Source: Candidatus Malihini olakiniferum
GTDB lineage: Bacteria; Pseudomonadota; Gammaproteobacteria; Enterobacterales; Enterobacteriaceae
Assembly: GCA_042263625.1 (NCBI GenBank)
Contig: JBHKFL010000006.1
Location: 3,766-67,765, forward strand
Direction of reading: 5' to 3'
DNA: 64,000 nt
In this document: positions 57,701-64,000 of the stretch, one piece after another
Layout of the letters: every line of letters begins with the position of its first letter
Numbering within the stretch: the stretch's first letter is position 1
Translations under genes and position numbers: made by a program
The notes under the pieces: generated by a model
Databases searched by the model: none
Seen by the model: only the letters and a program-made list of their open reading frames with translations
What the model was told of the DNA's origin: nothing

Positions 57701-57999
57701 CGTGCGGGAGCCGCGTTGCTACTGGTGTTCTGATTAGAGAAGGAAGTCTCTGTAAGGGAATCGGGCAGATCGAAAGTGACGATAGATGCTAATATATGAG
57801 ATAATTGCGAATACAAGAAACAGCAGATGTAAAGACTGGGTATTCATTATTCTTTACAAATCGACTAGCAATCAGTATTAACACAATAAGCCTAGTCTTA
57901 GGACTTCTTACTCAAAAAATAAGTAAATATAGAATATATATCATAGTTTTAGTAGATGGTATGCAACCAGATATCCGACCAAATAAGTATGAGTAGATA

Positions 58000-59190
58000 T
58001 TATAGCACCAGCCCTGCGATTGATGCCGAGAGAACGCTAACCAGCGTGGAGCCGTAAACTAACTTGAGACCGAAGCGGGAAATCACGTTACCCTGATTTT
58101 CGTTCAAACCCTTGATAGCACCGGAAATGATACCAATGGATGAAAAGTTGGCGAAAGACACCAGAAACACGGAAAGAATCCCTATGCTAGGTGCAGAAAG
58201 TTGGCTTGCAACTTTCTGCAGTTCCAACATAGCGACGAATTCATTGGATACCAGTTTGGTGGCCATAATACTGCCGACCTGTAACGCTTCGTTAGCAGGA
58301 ATTCCCATGATCCAGGCAAAGGGGAAGAATACATATCCCAGCATTTCCTGGAAACTAATACCGAACACAGCGCTGAAAATAGCGTTAACCATTGTAATTA
58401 GTGAGATAAATCCGATTAGCATAGCGGCAACAATACAAGCCACTTTGAAGCCTGCCAGGATATATTCTCCCAGCATTTCAAAGAAACTCTGGTTTTCATG
58501 TAGATCTCGTAGTTGCAGCTCAGGCTCGGCGTCTACTTTATACGGGTTGATCAATGACAATACGATAAAGGTGCTGAACATATTCAGAATCAGAGCCACC
58601 ACTACATATTTAGAATCCAGCATGGTCATATAGGCACCTACGATGGACATCGATACGGTCGACATGGCTGTTGCTGCCATGGTATACATGCGTTTTTCTG
58701 ACATCTTTCCAAGGATCTCTTTATAGGCAATGAAGTTTTCTGATTGTCCGAGAATCAACGAACTGACAGCATTAAACGATTCTAGCTTACCCATACCGTT
58801 CACTTTGGACAGCGTAGTACCGATGGCAAGAATAACGATGGGCAGTACTTTTATGTGCTGGAGGATCCCTATCAGTGCCGAAATAAACACGATAGGGCAA
58901 AGCACTTTGAAGAAGAATGAAATAAGGTTCTTCTCGTGGTTAACCATATCGCCAAACACAAAATCAGTCCCTTTTCCGGCAAAACCCAGCAATTTATCAA
59001 AGACGGCGGAAAACCCCTTTATAAAGCCCAACCCTACGTTAGAATATAGGAAGAACCAGGCAAGCAGAATTTCAATCACTAACAGTTGAATAATAAATCG
59101 GATACGAATGCTTTTACGATCGCGGCAGGCAAGCAACGCCAAACCAGGCACGACAAGCAATGCCAACGCAAATTGCGCAATATGAGTCAT
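58000..59190 (-). CDS. nupC: concentrative nucleoside transporter (NupC family)
   Basis: [21 protein letters not shown] and SFANFSS motifs; GGAG SD before ATG 59190. Confidence 0.9.
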   Translation of the reverse strand: MTHIAQFALALLVVPGLALLACRDRKSIRIRFIIQLLVIEILLAWFFLYSNVGLGFIKGFSAVFDKLLGFAGKGTDFVFGDMVNHEKNLISFFFKVLCPIVFISALIGILQHIKVLPIVILAIGTTLSKVNGMGKLESFNAVSSLILGQSENFIAYKEILGKMSEKRMYTMAATAMSTVSMSIVGAYMTMLDSKYVVVALILNMFSTFIVLSLINPYKVDAEPELQLRDLHENQSFFEMLGEYILAGFKVACIVAAMLIGFISLITMVNAIFSAVFGISFQEMLGYVFFPFAWIMGIPANEALQVGSIMATKLVSNEFVAMLELQKVASQLSAPSIGILSVFLVSFANFSSIGIISGAIKGLNENQGNVISRFGLKLVYGSTLVSVLSASIAGLVL

Positions 59191-59881
59191 GAGGGCTCCG
59201 AATATAGTAGGCGTATTAACGTTTGCCATATTACTCTAGGTGATGAAAAGCTAAAAGTGCGATAACATAAGAAAAAGTATACTTATATCTTGGGATATAG
59301 CGCTAAGTTGAATAGTTTAGCGCAGTGAGCAGCAATGTAGGAATGGTAAGCAAACATAACTAATTTAGAAAGAAAAGAGTTGCCATTAGGGACATTTAAA
59401 GCGAGATGCAGAGAAAAATGCAAGTTATCGATTGTGATGATCCAGTTTCTTTTTTTTGAAAAAAAGAAAAATATATTTTACGAGCTGCGTGTATATCGCA
59501 ATCGTTAATCTAACGGTGTGGTATCCTGCTGACCGATTGTCTACGGCAGATCATGATATTGCTGTAGGACAGAATGCTGGAGCATTTTTGCTCCTTGTCT
59601 TCGCCGTACTCTTTGTACTTTTAACGGCCATTTACTCATATTGCAAATGATCTCAATATTGCCAGAGGTACCAATATTATATAAACAATAAAAATAGCAG
59701 CGCGTTTATAACGCTATTTGTTTCTGTTAAATTATAGCCAATAATGCCATTACAAATAAAGATACCCGTCATACTGCAAGTTGCATAGAAGTTTTCTTCA
59801 CTTATTCATACGAATCAATTACCTGATTATATGCACATCAGGGTTCATTTACTTGAAGCCTTGCTAGGTATTACGAAAAAA

Positions 59882-59915
59882 CAAATAAAAAATACGCAAC
59901 GGTATTTTTTATTTG
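59882..59915 (-). terminator. AT-rich hairpin, probable purEK terminator
   Basis: Perfect 14-bp arms CAAATAAAAAATAC/GTATTTTTTATTTG, with a T tract following on the minus strand. Confidence 0.55.
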
Positions 59916-59997
59916 CATCAATAATATTCGTGATAAGATAAGAAAAGGAGCAACTTCCAGATAACTCGCAAAGCCGTAAGGCGAAAAGAGAACTGTT

Positions 59998-61062
59998 TTA
60001 AATCATCGATTGCGCCCACTGTAATCCAGAACGATAGTCTTCAGGTAATAATAGCATTAGTGACTGCAACGTATTCTGTAATTCAATGTGATCGCTGCGC
60101 GTTAAGTTCAAGTGACCGACTTTACGCGCTGGACGCACTTCTTTATCATACCAATGAAGATGAACAATCGGCAGTGAGAGCCAATCCTGATTCACCTTTA
60201 TGCCGATCAGATTGATCATAACTGCAGGTGCCTCAATCACTGGTTTTGGTAATGGAAGACCGAGAAGGACACGCAAGTGCAATTCAAACTGGCTGATAGA
60301 AGCGCCATTTTGTGTCCAATGGCCGCTGTTATGCACGCGTGGAGCTAATTCGTTAATAAGCAAACGATCGCCAACAATAAAGCACTCCATTGCCATCACG
60401 CCGATGTAACCCAGATCATTCATAATAGCGGCAAGCATGTTTTCTGCCTGTTGCTGCATGCGTGCGTCCGGATCCGGGAGTGCAACGCAGACGCGCAGAA
60501 TGCGATTCTCATGTAAATTATGCGTCAGCGGATAGAAGATACAGTGTCCATCCGCACTGCGTGCACCTACCATTGACACTTCACCGGAAAAGGCAATGTC
60601 CTGTTCTACAATGCACTCGCCATAGCATTCTTGCGGCAGCGTATGAGTAGTCTCATACAGTAAGCCCCACTGCCCACGGCCATCATAGCCACCTACGCGA
60701 CTCTTAACAATCACCCGTTCACCCAGACGGGTGAAGATCTCTGCCCACTCTTGCTCTCTGGTTAGTAATTGCCAGAGAGCCGTGGGTAATTGCAAAGAAT
60801 CCAACAGCTGTTTTTGCGTAAGGCGATCGGACAGACACGGAAAAATATCACGATTAATGAAGGCAGCATGCTCAGCCAGTTCACGCGTCAAGGCAGTTTC
60901 TGGCCAGTGTTCGATCTCTGCAGTGATAACGGCCTGATGAAAAGGCACAGATTTAGGCTCTGCATCCAATCCCACTGGGTAAACCGCAATGCCCAAGGGT
61001 TCACCAGCTTGACGTAACATTCGTCCCAGTTGGCCGTTTCCTAATACACAAATGGGTTTCAT
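59998..61062 (-). CDS. purK: N5-CAIR synthase
   Basis: [15 protein letters not shown] and APRVHNSGH motifs. Confidence 0.96.
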   Translation of the reverse strand: MKPICVLGNGQLGRMLRQAGEPLGIAVYPVGLDAEPKSVPFHQAVITAEIEHWPETALTRELAEHAAFINRDIFPCLSDRLTQKQLLDSLQLPTALWQLLTREQEWAEIFTRLGERVIVKSRVGGYDGRGQWGLLYETTHTLPQECYGECIVEQDIAFSGEVSMVGARSADGHCIFYPLTHNLHENRILRVCVALPDPDARMQQQAENMLAAIMNDLGYIGVMAMECFIVGDRLLINELAPRVHNSGHWTQNGASISQFELHLRVLLGLPLPKPVIEAPAVMINLIGIKVNQDWLSLPIVHLHWYDKEVRPARKVGHLNLTRSDHIELQNTLQSLMLLLPEDYRSGLQWAQSMI

Positions 61063-61568
61063 GCATCCTCTCTCGGATCGGGATGGGCCAATACCTCATT
61101 GGTTTGCTGTTGACGCCAAGCGGAGAGACGAACAGCCAGCTCTCCATCATGTAAGGCTAGAATCTGTGCGGCGAGCAGGGCAGCATTGGCGGCCCCTGCT
61201 TTGCCGATAGCCAGAGTGCCCACGGGAATACCACGCGGCATTTGTACAATAGAGTACAGGCTGTCAACGCTGCTTAATGCTGCACTCTGTATCGGCACAC
61301 CTAGTATCGGAACCAATGTTTTCGCTGCTAGCATGCCGGGTAAGTGAGCTGCTTCCCCGGCGCCTGCGATGATCACGCTAAAACCGTTTTGAGTAGCTTG
61401 CTCTGCAAAGCTAAACAGCTTATCCGGTGTACGATGCGCTGAAACAACTTCGGTGTGACATGGGATAGCGAGTGTGGTGAGAATTTCCACAGAAAACCGC
61501 ATCGTAGCCCAGTCACTCATTGAACCCATGACAATGGCAATTTTAGCTGGAGCAGCTTTAGATGACAT
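61059..61568 (-). CDS. purE: N5-CAIR mutase
   Basis: MGSMSD, SAHRTP and [10 protein letters not shown] motifs. Confidence 0.96.
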   Translation of the reverse strand: MSSKAAPAKIAIVMGSMSDWATMRFSVEILTTLAIPCHTEVVSAHRTPDKLFSFAEQATQNGFSVIIAGAGEAAHLPGMLAAKTLVPILGVPIQSAALSSVDSLYSIVQMPRGIPVGTLAIGKAGAANAALLAAQILALHDGELAVRLSAWRQQQTNEVLAHPDPREDA

Positions 61569-61674
61569 ACTTGTGGTGCTTCTGTAATATTGTATTGAGA
61601 TGCATTTCTGCAGCGGCCAGAAAGAGATAAAATTCTAGGTTGAATAAGGAAGATCATATCATAAAATTGTGAGA

Positions 61675-61690
61675 AGGAAAACGGTTGCGT
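61675..61690 (-). promoter_or_regulatory. PurR box of purE
   Basis: Minus strand reads ACGCAACCGTTTTCCT, as in the enterobacterial purE operator. Confidence 0.85.
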
Positions 61691-61765
61691 AGAGGTAAAA
61701 TGGCGGTACTCAGCCGAGTGATACGTTATTTGTTTACAACAAAGTCAGCGAAAAGCTTGAAGAGA

Positions 61766-62488
61766 TCAGAAGAGAGATGAAATCAATGCGGTATCATCAG
61801 ATGTGACTTTTATCATCCACCCTTGTTCATGCCAGGCACCAAGTACAGCACGTTGTACTTCGCCGCTTTCTGTAATAAAAGTATGAATAGCTGGTCGATG
61901 GGTATGACCGTGAATCAACATTTTTGCTGCATGCGTCTGAAAAAATACCTGCACAGCTTGCGGGTTGACATCCATGATCTGCTGAGATTTTTGTCGGTTT
62001 ACCTGCTGGCTTGCATCGCGCATTCTGTCTGCAATCTTAAGACGAAAACTTAACGGTAAATGTAGGAATATCCATTGGATAACCGGCTTGTGTACGCATC
62101 GGCGATATTTCTGGTAGGCCTCATCATCACTGCACAGGGTATCGCCGTGCATGATCAGTATCCGGCGACCATAGAGTTCCACTAGCTGTTCTGTGGGCAG
62201 CAGTGTCATGCCTGCCCGTTTGGCAAAACGTTTGCCTAGCAGAAAGTCACGGTTTCCGTGAATGAAGTAGCAGGGAACGCCAGACTGTTGCAACTGATGC
62301 AGTGCCTCGGCGACAATCGCATGCAGCGATTGAGGATCGTCATCGCCAATCCAGGCATCGAATAGATCGCCCAATATGTAGAGCGCCTCAGCCTGTTGTG
62401 CATCACGCTTAAGAAAACGCAGAAAAATGGCGGTAATCGACGGTTCCTGTGCGTTAAGATGCAGGTCGGAAATAAACAGTGTCACCAT
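61766..62488 (-). CDS. lpxH: UDP-2,3-diacylglucosamine diphosphatase
   Basis: SDLH, LGDLFD, GNRD, HGD and HGHTH metallophosphoesterase motifs. Confidence 0.96.
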   Translation of the reverse strand: MVTLFISDLHLNAQEPSITAIFLRFLKRDAQQAEALYILGDLFDAWIGDDDPQSLHAIVAEALHQLQQSGVPCYFIHGNRDFLLGKRFAKRAGMTLLPTEQLVELYGRRILIMHGDTLCSDDEAYQKYRRCVHKPVIQWIFLHLPLSFRLKIADRMRDASQQVNRQKSQQIMDVNPQAVQVFFQTHAAKMLIHGHTHRPAIHTFITESGEVQRAVLGAWHEQGWMIKVTSDDTALISSLF

Positions 62489-62499
62489 ATTGTCCGCAA

Positions 62500-63006
62500 T
62501 TATTCGATGAGGATAATTCTGGTTACAATCACATTTTTAGAACGTCTTGGTACATGCAGCTGCAGCCTGTTGTTACGCTTTTGATCTTATCAAAAGCGTT
62601 CATGGTTTCAGTTACTTACTGCAAACACACAGTAACCCAAGCCTTCTGCACTCTTCAGAACAGAAGAGAAAATCTTTATCAACCAGGTTAATAAAAAACT
62701 GTGCGGTAGCTGAATTCGGATCGTTAGTGCGCACCATGGACAGCACGCCATGCGTGTTTTTTAATCTGTTGTTAGCTTCATTAGCGATAGGCTCCTGTGT
62801 CACTTTCTTTGCTGAATGTTTGTCTGCAAACATGTTAATGATGAGGTCACTGAATTTATTATATAATGTGCTCATAATGAGCAAACGCTGATAATCAGAA
62901 GGATGAGATAAGAACCGCCAGGCAGCTTTGTCTGCACAAAGGCTGAATAATCAAGGCTCTCTTATAGCATAACTGGTTGCGTGAGTCAGTAATGTGCAGG
63001 AACCAT
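62500..63006 (-). pseudogene. ppiB: peptidyl-prolyl isomerase B pseudogene
   Basis: [29 protein letters not shown] and DKIKSVTTG fragments, frameshifted. Confidence 0.92.
62575..62599. repeat. perfect inverted repeat, 11-bp arms, 3-nt loop
   Basis: ACGCTTTTGAT-ctt-ATCAAAAGCGT inside ppiB. Confidence 0.93.
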
Positions 63007-63226
63007 TTTCTAGAACAACTGTAGATGGTTTATTTAAAATAAATATCAATTATATTGACTATATCTGTCATAAGGTGACGGTTTTTAAAAATGTTTTGAT
63101 GATTGTAGATCAAGCAGTACTGCTTAGGGAGTAAGAATTTTCAGTTAATCTAGATTAGTTTTAAGTGACTTGTATTACTGACTTTATTAACAATACTAAA
63201 CAGCTGGATAATGCTAAAATCAATTA

Positions 63227-63616
63227 ATGGTTTTTTTTGATAAAACTGATGCAGACAAACTGCTACTGTGTCTCGATTTTGTCCTTTTTTTGATTTTTCA
63301 TAGTTGTCACACAGTTATCAAGGGGGTCGGTACCATTGTGGATATGATGACAAACGCGGGATTACCGACGTTTATTCCGTATAGGGAATGTTCGGGTGAA
63401 GTGGTTGCCACAATCTTATTAATTTTCAGTATTCTAGAGCGTTCTTCAGTGTAATTATCGCTCAGTTTCTTCCTGCATCTTGCGGGCTTTTTCCACTTTT
63501 TACAAAAGGAGCTCAGGGTGTTGAGCCCGTACCATTTTTCTTCTTTTTTTGCACTAGCTATTGCCCAGTTAGGTAGCAGAAAACACTCCACAATGAGTAA
63601 CCTGAATTTGCGTTAA
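63227..63616 (+). pseudogene. DoxX-family membrane protein pseudogene
   Basis: KLLLCL..FH..GVG..AGLPTFIPY..GEVVA and AIAQLGSRKHSTMSN*, with an internal stop at 63454. Confidence 0.65.
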
Positions 63617-63804
63617 CGCGTATTCTGTTTTTTTGATTCTTATCAATTTTACTTCTATCATACAGGCGGCGCAGTCTTGCAAGAAATAGGCCTCAGTTCA
63701 GGTTTCAATACGCTGCCAGGCTTGCAGAACCTTCCTTTTTTGGAGAGCGTTTCTTTGCCACGAACACTTATTCTGTTTTTCTGCAAACACCATGGAATTC
63801 TTTG

Positions 63805-64000
63805 ATGTTAAAGATTTTTAATACTCTAAGTCGCCAAAAAGAGGAATTCAAACCTATTCATGCTGGAAACGTAGGCATGTATGTATGTGGGATTACTGTA
63901 TATGACCTGTGTCATATCGGTCACGGGCGTACTTTTATCGCATTCGATATCGTTGCCAGGTATTTGCGCTATTTGGGATATTCGCTGAAATATGTGCGCA
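63805..64000 (+). CDS. cysS: cysteine--tRNA ligase (5' part, runs off window)
   Basis: [42 protein letters not shown]. Confidence 0.97.
   Translation, partial: MLKIFNTLSRQKEEFKPIHAGNVGMYVCGITVYDLCHIGHGRTFIAFDIVARYLRYLGYSLKYVR

Noticed and set aside
57200-57800. yegD (Hsp70-like) remnant on the plus strand
   Set aside because: Only vague similarity; the minus strand gives a much stronger MdtA match.

Overview
Core chromosomal segment of an enterobacterium in mid-to-late genome reduction. Protein sequences and gene neighbourhoods (yegQ next to guaA, a DoxX gene between ppiB and cysS) suggest a Serratia/Yersiniaceae-type insect endosymbiont; this identification is inference. About 39 intact CDS cover roughly 40.6 of 64 kb (~63%). 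There are three tRNAs (Lys, Val, a decaying Ala) and about 25 recognisable pseudogene remnants (can, panDCB, gluQ, sfsA, hrpB, dgt, grcA, yfiC, rseA, rseB, recO, acpS, pgpC, mltF, hmp, trmJ, iscU, iscA, hscB, rlmN, rodZ, xseA, mdtA/C, ppiB, DoxX). I saw no IS, prophage, CRISPR or rRNA. The most unusual signal is a set of unrelated PERFECT inverted repeats (arms 9-34 bp) lying inside decayed reading frames, together with many exact tandem micro-duplications. This looks like template-switch/slippage mutagenesis and coincides with loss of xseA and recO. The largest repeat is a 73-bp palindrome that mirrors the whole guaB promoter. Other notable points: sigmaE kept without RseA/RseB, an in-frame yfgM'-bamB fusion, iscRS kept without iscUA-hsc, a frameshifted acpS alongside an intact lpxH, an ATC start for pcnB, an N-terminally truncated PBP1B, and SuhB with a degenerate phosphatase motif. 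All alignments to known proteins were done by eye from memory, and pseudogene boundaries are approximate.
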